A DNA stretch of 37,090 nucleotides, from positions 1-37,090 of the IMG/VR virus record IMGVR_UViG_3300037851_000312; one strand, 5' to 3'. This stretch comes from a virus (Duplodnaviria > Caudoviricetes). Shown here piece after piece: positions 1 to 9,783 of this stretch. Under the pieces are notes generated by a model. It saw only the letters and a program-made list of their open reading frames with translations, was not told the DNA's origin and did no database searches. The translations under genes and the position numbers were made by a program. The stretch's first letter is position 1, and the number at the start of each line of letters is the position of its first letter.

Positions 1-35
1 ACCGGCGTTTTCGTTTTCGAAAGGAGACCGACACC

Positions 36-464
36 ATGGCAAAACTGAGCATCATCACCGACCCGGAACGCCTCTACGCTTCGGCGTGGGTCGAGCTGCG
101 GGCGCCGGAATACCCGGAGTTTGACGACGGCAGCGGCGTGTACGTGCGACTGAAGATCCGCCCGTGGACCCGCACGACGCAGTCGATCGTCGAGAAGAAG
201 GCAAAGCACGGCGCCGGAATCGCGGAAGGCGAAAGCATCATCCCGGACGGGACGGGCGACCGGAAGAGCGAGAAGTTCACGCAGTCGCTGGCGGACTACT
301 TGCTCGACGACTGGGAGAACGTGGTCGACGCCAGCGGCGCGGCCCTGCCGTGTACGTTCGCGAACAAACTCTGGGCGTTTGAATCCGTCGACCTCGCCAC
401 GATCGTGATCAACGAGGCGAAGCGCCTCGCCGGGAAGGTCGTCCGGGACGAAGCAAAAAACTGA
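36..464 (+). CDS. Tail assembly chaperone (lambda gpG-equivalent)
   Basis: SD AAAGGAG at ~20-26; two genes upstream of tape measure; ends on slippery heptamer A AAA AAC (455-461); LLDDWENVVDASG..LPCT segment typical of siphophage chaperones. Confidence 0.8.
   Translation: MAKLSIITDPERLYASAWVELRAPEYPEFDDGSGVYVRLKIRPWTRTTQSIVEKKAKHGAGIAEGESIIPDGTGDRKSEKFTQSLADYLLDDWENVVDASGAALPCTFANKLWAFESVDLATIVINEAKRLAGKVVRDEAKN
455..461 (+). other. Programmed -1 ribosomal frameshift site
   Basis: X XXY YYZ heptamer A AAA AAC in correct phase just before TGA 462-464; -1 frame (AAA CTG AAA GCG CTG GTG) is open and in frame with ORF 473..871. Confidence 0.85.
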
Positions 465-472
465 AAGCGCTG

Positions 473-871
473 GTGTGGTGGGAGGGGGCGCCCGCCGCAC
501 TGGCGACAGAAGAGTTTCCGGCGCGATCCTATTGCGCCGAGGTCTGCGATCGGATCGGCGAATGCGGCGCCGGGTCTCCGGACCGCTGCTGGAAGAATCC
601 GCCGCCGATCATGCGGTCGAACGAGACGGCATGGTTCGTGTACACGCTCCTATCCTCCCAATGGGAGCGGTCCGACTGGACCGGCATCCGCGTCCGTTAC
701 GACATCGGCCCGGCAATCCAGTTGCTGACGGCGCTCGGCGTTCGCGACGATCTCCTGATCGACACGATCGAGAAGATTCGCCTCATTGAGGGCGCAACGG
801 TAGAATTGGACGTGGAGGCCCACCGGCTACGGGAGGCAAACGCGAATGGGGCAGCTGAAGCTCGGCGTTGA
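473..871 (+). CDS. Tail chaperone frameshift extension (gpT-equivalent, DUF1799-like)
   Basis: No SD before GTG 473; reached by -1 shift; QW...G.R.RYD...IRLIE pattern; overlaps tape measure start. Confidence 0.7.
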   Translation: MWWEGAPAALATEEFPARSYCAEVCDRIGECGAGSPDRCWKNPPPIMRSNETAWFVYTLLSSQWERSDWTGIRVRYDIGPAIQLLTALGVRDDLLIDTIEKIRLIEGATVELDVEAHRLREANANGAAEARR

Positions 872-3800
872 CATCGAATTCCGGAAGACCGGCGACGGCG
901 TCGAGGTCGCGGTCGGCGCCGTCGAAAAGCTGAACGAGAAGGCGCGGCAGACCACCGGGGCGTTCGGCGGGCTGGCCGGATCAATCGGCACCGCTATCTC
1001 CGCGTTCGCCGGGTTTGCGGCTTTGAAGTCTGCGCTTCAGGCCGGGATCCAGTTCAACGCGGCGATGGAGTCGTCACGGCTCTCGATCGCCGCCCTCGCG
1101 GTGTCGTTCGGGCAGCTCCGCGACGGCGCCGGGGTGCCGGTCGCGCGGGCGAACCAGCTCGGCGCCGCGCTGGAGGTCGCCACCGAGCTTCAAGAGGACC
1201 TCAAGGTCGCCGCGCTGCAGACGACGGCTGAATACGAAGACATGATTCGGGCGCTGCAGGAAGGCGTCGGCCCGGCCCTGAAGGCCGGGTTTGACACGGG
1301 GCAGATCGTCGAGTTCACGAAGCTCGTGACGCAAGCGGCCGGGGCGATCGGACTGCCGATGCAGCAGCTCGGGCAGGAGGTCCGGTCGCTGTTCGCGGGG
1401 GACATCGGCCCGGATGCGCGGCTGGCGAACCTGTTGTTCTCCGACATCCCCCGCGACAAGATCAAGGCGTACGTGCGGGAGCTTCAGGCGTCGGGGAAGT
1501 TTTTCGACGAGATGAAAGAGCGCATGTTCGGGTTTGCGGCTGCCGGAGAGCGGGCCTCCGCGACCTTCGCGGGCGCAACGTCGAACCTCAAAGACGCAAT
1601 TTCCCAGACGCTCGGCGCCGGGACGCAGCAGGCGTTTGAGCGCCTGACGCCGCTGATTCAAGAGGTCACGTCGTGGTTTGTTACTTTTGACGCACAGGGC
1701 AAGGCGACTTTCAATCAGGATTTCGTCAACCGCATCAGCGTCGTGGCCGACGCCGTCGTGAACCTTGCCGAGGTTATCGTTGGCCTCGCGAAAACCGTCG
1801 GCCCGCCGTTGTCCAAGCTCGCGGATTTGATATTCTCGACGCTCGGCGTTGTGCTGAACAAGCTGGGGGAATGGTGGTACGCGGCTGCCGGGAAAATGAT
1901 CGGGGCAATCACGTCCGTCAACGATTACATGCTGAAGTTCGGGGCAACGATCGTCGAGAACTTCCCGGACCTCTCCGATGCGCTCGGGCTGGATCAATTC
2001 GTCGCGTCGTTCGCCACCGGCAACGAGGAGCTGAAAAACTTCGCCGCGTTCCTTGGGGACGACCTCGCGGCTGCACACAGAGAGAGCGCCGGTCGGGCGG
2101 CGGACGCATTCTGGAACGCGTGGGACGACCGAGCGGAAGACGGGAAAAAGCGGGCGAGGTCGAAGTTCAATCTGTTCGGCCCGGACGGCCTCGCAAACGA
2201 GGCCGACGCGGAGCGCCTGAAAAAGATCACGGCGGCGATGAAGGAGTTCGGCGCCGCGATGCGCCAGATTCAGAACGACGCCCGGGGTCGATCGGAGGAT
2301 TTCGCGTTCGCGAAGTCGCTTGCCGAGGCCGCGAGCGAGTTCGACCGCATCGACATCGGGCGACAGCGGAAGATCGCGGAGGCGTACCGCAAGCAGGTCG
2401 ATCAGGAAAAGGCGGTGCAGGACCAGCTCGCGAAACTGCGGGAGTCCGGCATCTCGGAGTGGTCGACGCAATACCTCCGGGCGACCGCCGAAGCCTATCG
2501 CGCCCACAAAGACATCGCGCAAGCGACGGCGGACGAAATCGCCGCGATCGAGGCGGAGGCCGCGAGGCAAACAGAGGACGAGCTGACTCGCCAGTGGGAC
2601 GCCGCCGCCGAGGCGCAGATGCACGCCATCGAGGAATCGATGGCGAACGTGAATCGCGCCTACGACAACGTTTTCGGCACGTTGACTGGGTCGTTCCGGA
2701 CGGCGTGGGCTGACGCCTTGTCCGGCGACAACCTATCCGGGGCGTTTGACACATTGCTGGAGGGGTTCCGCGCAACGTGGACGGAGTTCGTGGGCGGAAT
2801 GATCGACGACTTCGTCGCGGGCTGGGTCGGCGTCGCGCAAGGCCAACCGATGCCGGGCCAGACCGGACCTCCGTCACCGGGCCAGCAGCGGTTCGCGCAG
2901 GGCGCGGTCGCCGTGATAGGCGGCGGGGCGGCGCTCGCGGACATGTGGCGCGGCGGCAACACCCGGGGTCAGAACGTGATGACCGGGTTGACCACTGGCG
3001 CCTCAATCGGGTCGATGTTCTCCCCTGTCGTCGGGACGATCGTCGGAGCCGTCCTCGGCGCCGTAATCGGGGCGTTGGCGCCGACGAAGGAAAAGGCGGG
3101 ATACAACATCTCGGTCGTCGGGGGGCGCGTGTCCGTCCGGGGCGTGGGCGACGCGAAAGACCGGGAGGTACAGGCGGCGATCCAGCAAATCAACGCCGCC
3201 GTGTCCGAGGCGCGGGCAAACATTCAAGAGATCCTTGACATCCTTCCGGCTTCGATCTTTGAGGGTATCGCCGGTTTTTCCGTGACGCCGCCGGTCATCA
3301 CGAAGTTGATCGAGGCCGTAAGTTCGGCGCAGTCGGCGCTGGCACACTTCATCGCCGTGACGGTCCCCGAGGCCTTCTTGAACGCCGCGCTGCCCGCCTT
3401 CGCCGAGGTCGCCGAAATGCTCGGCGTGACGGACGATCGGTGGCAACAAATCGTTGGGCAATTGAGAGGCATGGATCCGACGAAGGCGACGAAAATGCTC
3501 CGCGACTACTTCGCGGCGTTGATCGGCATGATCGAGGCGCAGGAGTTTCTCCAGAAGTCGATGGCCGACAAGGTCGGGTTGGCAACGGAGAAGAAGACCG
3601 GGGCGGAACAACTGAACGTGTTCAATGATCGGGTCGAGCGGATGACCGTAGGGTTCGACGCTCTGACCGGCGAGGAGGAGCAGATCAAGCGGGCGCAGCA
3701 GATCATCGCGCTGCTGGAAGATCGACACGCGTTGGAGCTGCAGATCATCGCGGACATCAAGGCGGCGTGGGAGGACGTGAACAAGTCGATTGAGCAGCAG

Positions 3801-5213
3801 ATATTCGACGTTCAGCAATCGGCCCGCAATCCCGAGGATCAATTGAGTGCGCTGCAGGATCGTCAGGCCGCCCTGCGCGACCGCCTTCTCGCCGCGAAGA
3901 CGCCCGAGGAGGTCGCGCAGATCGTTGCGGAAATGCAGCAAAATCTGTCGCAAATCTACGCCCTCCAGCAGCAAATCGCGAACGCCTACAAGGCGCTCGT
4001 TGAGGCGTTCAAGGGAGTCGTGGCCGAGATCGAATCCGTGGCCGGGTTCGTCGGCATGGACCTGCCCGGAAAGATCGAAAAGGCGCTGTCGATGGCGTCC
4101 GAGTCGGGCCTCGACAAGCTCGACGAGCTGAACGATTCGATCGCGAAGCTATTCGACGGGTTCGACAAGCCGGAGGAGCAGGTTGCTCGCGCCCGCGAGA
4201 TTTCGGCCCTTTTGCAGGACCGCTACCAGTTGGAACTGGCGCTGATCCAGCATGTGAAGGCCGCGCTGGATTCGACCCTGAAGTCGATCGACGATCAGAT
4301 CTTCGACATGCAGCAGTCCACCCGGACGCCGCAGGAACAGATCGACGCCCTGCTGGAACGGCAGCGGGTGTTGCGCGAAATGCTGGCGGGCGCCCGTACG
4401 CCGGAAGAGATCCAGCGCATCGTCGCCGAGATGCAAGGCAACGTCACGACGTTGTACGGGTTGATGGGGAACACGCCGGAGGCCGCCGCCGAGTTGATCA
4501 CGATGCTGCAGGACATTCGCGAGCTGGCCGACGCGCAGTTCCAGCAAATCCTCGACGGGATTCAGGAATCGGACGATCGCCTTCGCGAGCTACTGGACGA
4601 GATTCTCGGGTCGTTGCGCGACGGGCTGGCGGATTTGATCAACAACCCGCCCGCGCTGCAGGATCAGGCGTCGGCGGCGCAAGCGCTGGTCGACGCCTTG
4701 AACGAGATCAAGGAGCTTGCAGCGGCGCGGTTCCAAGAAATGCTCGACAACATTCAGGAGTCGGACGACGCCCTGTTGGCGATGGTCGAGGAGATCCTCG
4801 GGAAGTTGCGCGACGGCATCGGGACGATCTTCAATCCGCCGACAACGGGCGACGACGACGGCAACAACGACGACGGCAACGACTGGCAGGACCCGAGGGT
4901 CGTCGACCTGCTCTCCGGGTTCGGAACGTTGAACACGCGGGTCAGCGAGACGGGCGCGGTCGTCGACGGGTTCGCGGCGGCTACTGCTGCCGGGGCGACG
5001 ACGCTGGAGGCGTTCGCGGCGGCGGCGGGGGCGGCGGCGTCGGCGCTGGCCGGGTTCGGGTCGTCGACCGGCAAGGTGAACGTCACGGTCAACGTCAACG
5101 GGTCGATGGCGGCGGTCGTGAGCGAGGTCGAAGCGGTCGTCGGCCCGACCGTCGTCAATCAGGCCCTCGTGGCCGTCGACCGGGAGCTGGCCCGGGTTGG
5201 AGGTGGCCTCTGA
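846..5213 (+). CDS. Tail tape measure protein (1455 aa)
   Basis: Longest ORF, Ala/Gly-rich helical, Gly-rich hydrophobic segments (GTIVGAVLGAVIGAL), internal repeats, directly after chaperones. Confidence 0.93.
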   Translation: MGQLKLGVDIEFRKTGDGVEVAVGAVEKLNEKARQTTGAFGGLAGSIGTAISAFAGFAALKSALQAGIQFNAAMESSRLSIAALAVSFGQLRDGAGVPVARANQLGAALEVATELQEDLKVAALQTTAEYEDMIRALQEGVGPALKAGFDTGQIVEFTKLVTQAAGAIGLPMQQLGQEVRSLFAGDIGPDARLANLLFSDIPRDKIKAYVRELQASGKFFDEMKERMFGFAAAGERASATFAGATSNLKDAISQTLGAGTQQAFERLTPLIQEVTSWFVTFDAQGKATFNQDFVNRISVVADAVVNLAEVIVGLAKTVGPPLSKLADLIFSTLGVVLNKLGEWWYAAAGKMIGAITSVNDYMLKFGATIVENFPDLSDALGLDQFVASFATGNEELKNFAAFLGDDLAAAHRESAGRAADAFWNAWDDRAEDGKKRARSKFNLFGPDGLANEADAERLKKITAAMKEFGAAMRQIQNDARGRSEDFAFAKSLAEAASEFDRIDIGRQRKIAEAYRKQVDQEKAVQDQLAKLRESGISEWSTQYLRATAEAYRAHKDIAQATADEIAAIEAEAARQTEDELTRQWDAAAEAQMHAIEESMANVNRAYDNVFGTLTGSFRTAWADALSGDNLSGAFDTLLEGFRATWTEFVGGMIDDFVAGWVGVAQGQPMPGQTGPPSPGQQRFAQGAVAVIGGGAALADMWRGGNTRGQNVMTGLTTGASIGSMFSPVVGTIVGAVLGAVIGALAPTKEKAGYNISVVGGRVSVRGVGDAKDREVQAAIQQINAAVSEARANIQEILDILPASIFEGIAGFSVTPPVITKLIEAVSSAQSALAHFIAVTVPEAFLNAALPAFAEVAEMLGVTDDRWQQIVGQLRGMDPTKATKMLRDYFAALIGMIEAQEFLQKSMADKVGLATEKKTGAEQLNVFNDRVERMTVGFDALTGEEEQIKRAQQIIALLEDRHALELQIIADIKAAWEDVNKSIEQQIFDVQQSARNPEDQLSALQDRQAALRDRLLAAKTPEEVAQIVAEMQQNLSQIYALQQQIANAYKALVEAFKGVVAEIESVAGFVGMDLPGKIEKALSMASESGLDKLDELNDSIAKLFDGFDKPEEQVARAREISALLQDRYQLELALIQHVKAALDSTLKSIDDQIFDMQQSTRTPQEQIDALLERQRVLREMLAGARTPEEIQRIVAEMQGNVTTLYGLMGNTPEAAAELITMLQDIRELADAQFQQILDGIQESDDRLRELLDEILGSLRDGLADLINNPPALQDQASAAQALVDALNEIKELAAARFQEMLDNIQESDDALLAMVEEILGKLRDGIGTIFNPPTTGDDDGNNDDGNDWQDPRVVDLLSGFGTLNTRVSETGAVVDGFAAATAAGATTLEAFAAAAGAAASALAGFGSSTGKVNVTVNVNGSMAAVVSEVEAVVGPTVVNQALVAVDRELARVGGGL

Positions 5214-5914
5214 AGACGCTCGACCCGGCGATCGTCGCGCAAGCGGCCCAGACCGTCTACCACGCGGCCCACCTGATCGCGATCACGGGGAGCGCGGCCA
5301 CGTACCGGTACACCGATCACGGCGCGTCAGATGTAGTCTACGGGGGCAACACATACGTTCGGATGCCGTTCCGGCTTTCGGCGATCGGACGGGAGGGCGG
5401 CGGCGAGGTCGGCGTCGACATCGAGTTTCACGACGAGAATGCCGTCATCGAGACGATCGCCCTCGCCTACGATTTCCGCGATTGGCCCGTCGAGTTGTCC
5501 GAGGTCTGGTTCGACGACGACGGTCTCGTGATTGGCCGGGTCGTCTGGATCGGCGACGGGCGAACGAACGGCGTGGTGATCAATCGGGGCGCGGAGACGG
5601 CGGGAGGAGTGACCGCGACGGTGCAAGTGGCGCCGAGGAAGTCGTGGATGCAGGAGCCGGGGCCGCGCCGATCGTACACGACGAGCTGCGCGTGGACGTT
5701 CAAGGATGCCGACTGCGCCTATGCTGGCGCGACCACGACGTGCGATCGCACCTACGCGGCGTGTCTGGCGATCGGCAACACGATCCGGTTCGGCGGGTTC
5801 CGGTTCGCGCCTCGGGCCGGGACGATCTTGACGTGGGGGACGCGCGAGCGTGTCCTGACCGGAACGCCAGCGGCAATCCCGCCGCCGACGACCGGCCTTC
5901 GAAGGAGGGGTTGA
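5210..5914 (+). CDS. Tail tip/hub protein, lambda gpL / DUF2163-BR0599-like, Fe-S Cys motif; probable CTG start
   Basis: C-terminal CAWTFKDADC...CDRTYAAC...NTIRFGGF; frame open upstream of ATG 5363 giving (M)KTLDPAIVAQ...YRYTDH..DVVYGGNTY; GGAGGT at 5199-5204. Confidence 0.8.
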   Translation: MKTLDPAIVAQAAQTVYHAAHLIAITGSAATYRYTDHGASDVVYGGNTYVRMPFRLSAIGREGGGEVGVDIEFHDENAVIETIALAYDFRDWPVELSEVWFDDDGLVIGRVVWIGDGRTNGVVINRGAETAGGVTATVQVAPRKSWMQEPGPRRSYTTSCAWTFKDADCAYAGATTTCDRTYAACLAIGNTIRFGGFRFAPRAGTILTWGTRERVLTGTPAAIPPPTTGLRRRG

Positions 5915-5916
5915 CG

Positions 5917-6474
5917 ATGGCCGTCTGGCCGAGCACCGTGCGTCCGATCGTCGGCGGCTATTCCGCCGAGGAGGAGGAGTTTCTTCGCCGCAACGTGTCC
6001 GAGGACGGGACGCTCCAAATCCGCGACATCTGGGGGCGGACCCGGCTTCAGGCCGCGTTGACGCTTGAGCTGGCGACCGACACGACTTCGAAGGATTTCT
6101 GGGCCTTCTGGCGGGCGTCGCGCACGTCGCAGTTCGTGTTCTTCAACTTCCTCGAAACGTGGAGGGCGGGCGTTGCGTGTGGGACCGGGACCGGGGCGCT
6201 GTCGACGTTTACGATTCCGGCCCGGGCCGTCCGTGGGGAGACCGTCTACGTAGCCGGGGTACCGGAGGACGACTACACGCTGTCCGTCGGGACGGGGACC
6301 AACGGCGAAGATCGAATCCTGTTCGACGCGCCTCCGGCGCTGGGGTTAGCGGTCACTGTGGATTGCTTCTGTGAGTACCGCCACAACGCACGATTCAGCG
6401 GGACGCCGCGCGGCGAAGTGATCGGATTCCGGCGCGAAAGGGTCCGCGTCAACGTGATCGAGGACTTCGGCTGA
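5917..6474 (+). CDS. Distal tail protein-like (DUF2460/GTA-type)
   Basis: SD AAGGAGG 5902-5908, ATG 5917; GTGTGALSTF...ILFDAPPALGLAVTVD motifs. Confidence 0.65.
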   Translation: MAVWPSTVRPIVGGYSAEEEEFLRRNVSEDGTLQIRDIWGRTRLQAALTLELATDTTSKDFWAFWRASRTSQFVFFNFLETWRAGVACGTGTGALSTFTIPARAVRGETVYVAGVPEDDYTLSVGTGTNGEDRILFDAPPALGLAVTVDCFCEYRHNARFSGTPRGEVIGFRRERVRVNVIEDFG

Positions 6475-9431
6475 TGGGGCGCAACCGTCCGACTACGCCG
6501 ACCGGACCCGGCGACCCGCTTGCGGAGCTGGTCAAGGGGATGGTCGAGCACAAGGGCGCGAACGGCTTCGTGTACTACACGAAGCCCGGCGAGCCGGGCT
6601 GGGCGTACGTGCCTATCTACGGCGGACCCGGGAACGAGTTCGGCGTCAAGTTGTCGAAGATGCCGATCCAGTACGCGATCCTGCTCGCCGCCGGGTCGAC
6701 TACGTCGACGGGCGCCGGGACGAGACAGCGCGATCCGTCCGGCGGACAGCAGGGCCGGGAGCTGAACATTGCCGCCCTCGGCGGGCGGGTGCCGGTCGTC
6801 TACGGTCAGGCATCGGTCGGCGGGGCGATCGTGATGGCGGCGACCAGCTCCAACGTGCTCACCGTGGCGTGGGGGCTGGGGGAGGGCGAATGCGAATCGG
6901 TCGAGAACTGGTACGTCGACGACAAGCCCGTGATTGGCGGGTCGTTCGGCTCCTTCGTGGATTACAACTTCCATCCCGGCTTCGCCTTGCCAAACGAACC
7001 GGACCCGTTTCTCGTCGCCGCCGCCGGGGAGAGCGCCGCGACCTTCGAACGCTTTCCGCGTCTGTGCTATCTCGTCGGGCGGTTCGTCTATTCGGACCGC
7101 TACGTCACCGGATTGCCGGTCCCGCGATTCGTCGTCAAGGGGCGGAAGGTGTACGATCCGCGCTCTGGCAATATCGCGTGGACCTCAAATCCGGCCCTCT
7201 GCGTCGCCGACTACATCACGGCCCGGTTCGGGCTGGCGTACCCGTGGAGCGCGATCGACGAGGACAGCCTTGAGGACGCCGCCGACTATTGCGACGACCT
7301 CGTGTCCGGGAAACCGCGTTTCACGTTCAATCTGGCGTTGACCTCGGAACAGGCGCACCGCGACATCGTGCGCCTGATCTGCGACCACTTTCGGGGGGAC
7401 GTAGTCGAGCGCGACGGAAAGTTCGTGTTCGTCGTCGACAAGCCGAAGACCAGCGTTTACGCCTTCGACGCAACGAACTCCCACCTGACGACGATTCGCC
7501 GGGAGGGCGGATCGGGAATCCCGAATCGTGTCGTGGTGCGCTGGATTGACGCCGCGAACGACTACGAGCAGCACGAGGCAATCGACGAAACGAGCGGAGT
7601 TCGGGCTGGCACGGAAACGCCTCAGACGGCGGAATACTCGCTGCCCGGATGCACGGACGCCGCCGAGGCGCAGCGGGCGGCGTCATACTTTCTGCGGAAA
7701 CGGCTCATGAATCTCGCCGCGACGATCGTCGCGACAAACGCCGGGGCGGTCGCGCTGGAGCCGGGCGACCTTGTCGACCGCGACGGGCAGGACTGGGTGA
7801 TTCGTCGCATTGTCCGTGGTGACGGCAACGAGTTGACTCTTGACTGCGAAGGCTACGACGCCGATGTCTACGATCCGACATCGCGTTTGGAAGATGTCAA
7901 GCCGACGCTGGATTTGCCGGACCCGTTCGACACGCCGCCCGACCCGTCGGGACTCGTCGTGATCGAGGAGCCGTACGTGCAACAGGGGGGGCGGTACTCC
8001 TCGCGGCTGAAGGTCACGTGGACGAAGGCGTCGACGCCGTTCTACGGTGGGACCGAGATCGCCGTGACGCGATCGACCGGCACGAAGTTTGTGCTCGGCG
8101 TCTACGACGACGGTCCCGCCTACGTGGAGTCGTGCGACGACCTCGCCACGTACAATGTCACGGCGACGACCATCGCGCGGATCTCCGGGGCGCGATCCGG
8201 CGGCGTGACCGAAATCGTCACGACGACGGGGAAGCCCGACCGACCCGGACGGTGCGGGCAAATCAACGCAACCGTACATGAGGATGGCCGTGTCGACCTG
8301 TCGTGGACAACGGCGACGATCGACGACCCGGTCGCCTACGAGCTACGCTACGTTTCCGCGTCCGTTCAGGCGGCGTGCTGGGAGGATGCCGAATTCCTCG
8401 ACCAGACCCGATCAACCAGCGCGACCGTGTGGCTACCCCCTTCGATCACCGACTACACGGGGTCGTGGCGAATCTACGTCAAGGCGATTGACGCGGCGAA
8501 GCAGTACTCGTCTGAGGCCGTCTACTGCACCGTTTCGATTCCTTGCCCGACCACGCCGACGGTGCAGACGATCTCGTGGCCTTTGGCCGGATTGATCCCG
8601 GACCCGGATTGCCTTGAGGCGGCGCTGATTGACAACGACACGACCCTCTACATGGACGGCGCAGAGTCGGGCGTGTTCCGCATGTATCTGGCGCGAACGA
8701 TCTCCCCACAGACGATCGACGACGAGATTGCTGCCGCCGGGCTGGCGTCCGTTCAGGAGTGGGTCGACGATGTCGACGACGCGCGGAACCATGGCCTCGG
8801 CCTGTGGGCGCCGATCACCGCCGGGGCGACCGGCACCGCAAACTGGATGGGCAGCTACTCATACGGCTCGTCCTTCCGGCGGCTCAACTATCGCGTCTGG
8901 GCGCGGGCCGGTACGTCACGCTCGATCAGGCGCGGTCGCGGGGGTTGGGAGCCAACGCCGGATGCGATCGGCAAGGCCGAATGGGGTATCTACGTGTCGC
9001 CCGGTCCCGGGGGGCGGTTCGGGGCGTGGAACACCGGCCCGTCCGGGTTGACGAGCCAGTGGGTGGTTCGCTTGTCGTCAAACTCGTCGTGGGCGCAGCG
9101 GGCAATCGAGGCCGGGCGTGACGGCGCCCTCGCGCACTACGTCTACTGGCGCACTCCGGTCGTGGTGTATTCCGGCGTCGTGACGACGGACGGCAGCGGC
9201 GTGGCGACCGTAACGTTTGCGGCTCTCGCCGACGCGTTTTGTCTGCCGACCGCCGAGCTGACCGTGTTGAACGCCTCCACAGCGATTATCGCCACGGTGA
9301 CCGCCCGGACCTCGTCGTCAATCTCGATCAAAACGTGGACGACCGGCGGAGCAGCGTCGGCCTCGAAAGACGTGAAAGTGGTAATCTACGACGGCGGCGA
9401 CGGCGGGACGCTGGGGAGCGGCAGCCCGTAA
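6474..9431 (+). CDS. Central tail tip / host-specificity protein (lambda J-like) with FN3-like domains
   Basis: VPVVYG, GEGE, VKGRKVYDPR, WTSNPALCVADY, PNRVVVRW, LEPGD motifs; 985 aa. Confidence 0.9.
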   Translation: MGRNRPTTPTGPGDPLAELVKGMVEHKGANGFVYYTKPGEPGWAYVPIYGGPGNEFGVKLSKMPIQYAILLAAGSTTSTGAGTRQRDPSGGQQGRELNIAALGGRVPVVYGQASVGGAIVMAATSSNVLTVAWGLGEGECESVENWYVDDKPVIGGSFGSFVDYNFHPGFALPNEPDPFLVAAAGESAATFERFPRLCYLVGRFVYSDRYVTGLPVPRFVVKGRKVYDPRSGNIAWTSNPALCVADYITARFGLAYPWSAIDEDSLEDAADYCDDLVSGKPRFTFNLALTSEQAHRDIVRLICDHFRGDVVERDGKFVFVVDKPKTSVYAFDATNSHLTTIRREGGSGIPNRVVVRWIDAANDYEQHEAIDETSGVRAGTETPQTAEYSLPGCTDAAEAQRAASYFLRKRLMNLAATIVATNAGAVALEPGDLVDRDGQDWVIRRIVRGDGNELTLDCEGYDADVYDPTSRLEDVKPTLDLPDPFDTPPDPSGLVVIEEPYVQQGGRYSSRLKVTWTKASTPFYGGTEIAVTRSTGTKFVLGVYDDGPAYVESCDDLATYNVTATTIARISGARSGGVTEIVTTTGKPDRPGRCGQINATVHEDGRVDLSWTTATIDDPVAYELRYVSASVQAACWEDAEFLDQTRSTSATVWLPPSITDYTGSWRIYVKAIDAAKQYSSEAVYCTVSIPCPTTPTVQTISWPLAGLIPDPDCLEAALIDNDTTLYMDGAESGVFRMYLARTISPQTIDDEIAAAGLASVQEWVDDVDDARNHGLGLWAPITAGATGTANWMGSYSYGSSFRRLNYRVWARAGTSRSIRRGRGGWEPTPDAIGKAEWGIYVSPGPGGRFGAWNTGPSGLTSQWVVRLSSNSSWAQRAIEAGRDGALAHYVYWRTPVVVYSGVVTTDGSGVATVTFAALADAFCLPTAELTVLNASTAIIATVTARTSSSISIKTWTTGGAASASKDVKVVIYDGGDGGTLGSGSP

Positions 9432-9441
9432 GGAGGCACGA

Positions 9442-9783
9442 TTGAAACTGAAGCGAGCGCGATCGACGGATGGGAGCTGGACCGGGTTCGTGGCGTGTGA
9501 CGAACATGGCGTGATTTGGGGACTCCTCGACGCCGACGGAAACGCCGCGCCGATTCCGGCAGGACTCATGATTACGGCGGAGGCGGTCATCGCCGACGAC
9601 CCGACGGCAGACCCGCGCAACGCGCGTCACGCCGTCCGTGTGGCGCGTGATTTCCTTGCGCGACCGTCCGGCCCTCCCCCCCCCGACGAACCGCCACTGG
9701 GCGCCGTTCTGGGCGAAATCCGGGGGCGTCTGGCGCAGATCGAAGCGCGAATTGACGCGATCGAACGCGGGGGCCGCCCGTGA
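9442..9783 (+). CDS. Hypothetical tail-associated protein with C-terminal coiled coil
   Basis: SD AAGGAGG 9430-9436, TTG start, GTGA overlap with next gene. Confidence 0.65.
   Translation: MKLKRARSTDGSWTGFVACDEHGVIWGLLDADGNAAPIPAGLMITAEAVIADDPTADPRNARHAVRVARDFLARPSGPPPPDEPPLGAVLGEIRGRLAQIEARIDAIERGGRP

Noticed and set aside
1680-1691. GTTACTTTTGAC partial operator-like box in tape measure
   Set aside because: Lacks terminal GG, lies in coding DNA, no nearby promoter
1074-2624. Long minus-strand ORFs (also 3003..3974, 13752..14873, 17607..18944, 18917..20182, 22292..23461, 26742..27662)
   Set aside because: Antisense shadows of high-GC3 plus-strand genes; no SD or recognisable motif
3383-3417. 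Site-specific invertase target (gix/hix-like)
   Set aside because: No internal dyad symmetry and no serine or tyrosine recombinase in the window
5197-5916. N-terminal 240 aa of track ORF 5197..6474
   Set aside because: Arg-rich off-frame reading over the hub gene; real start is ATG 5917 after AAGGAGG
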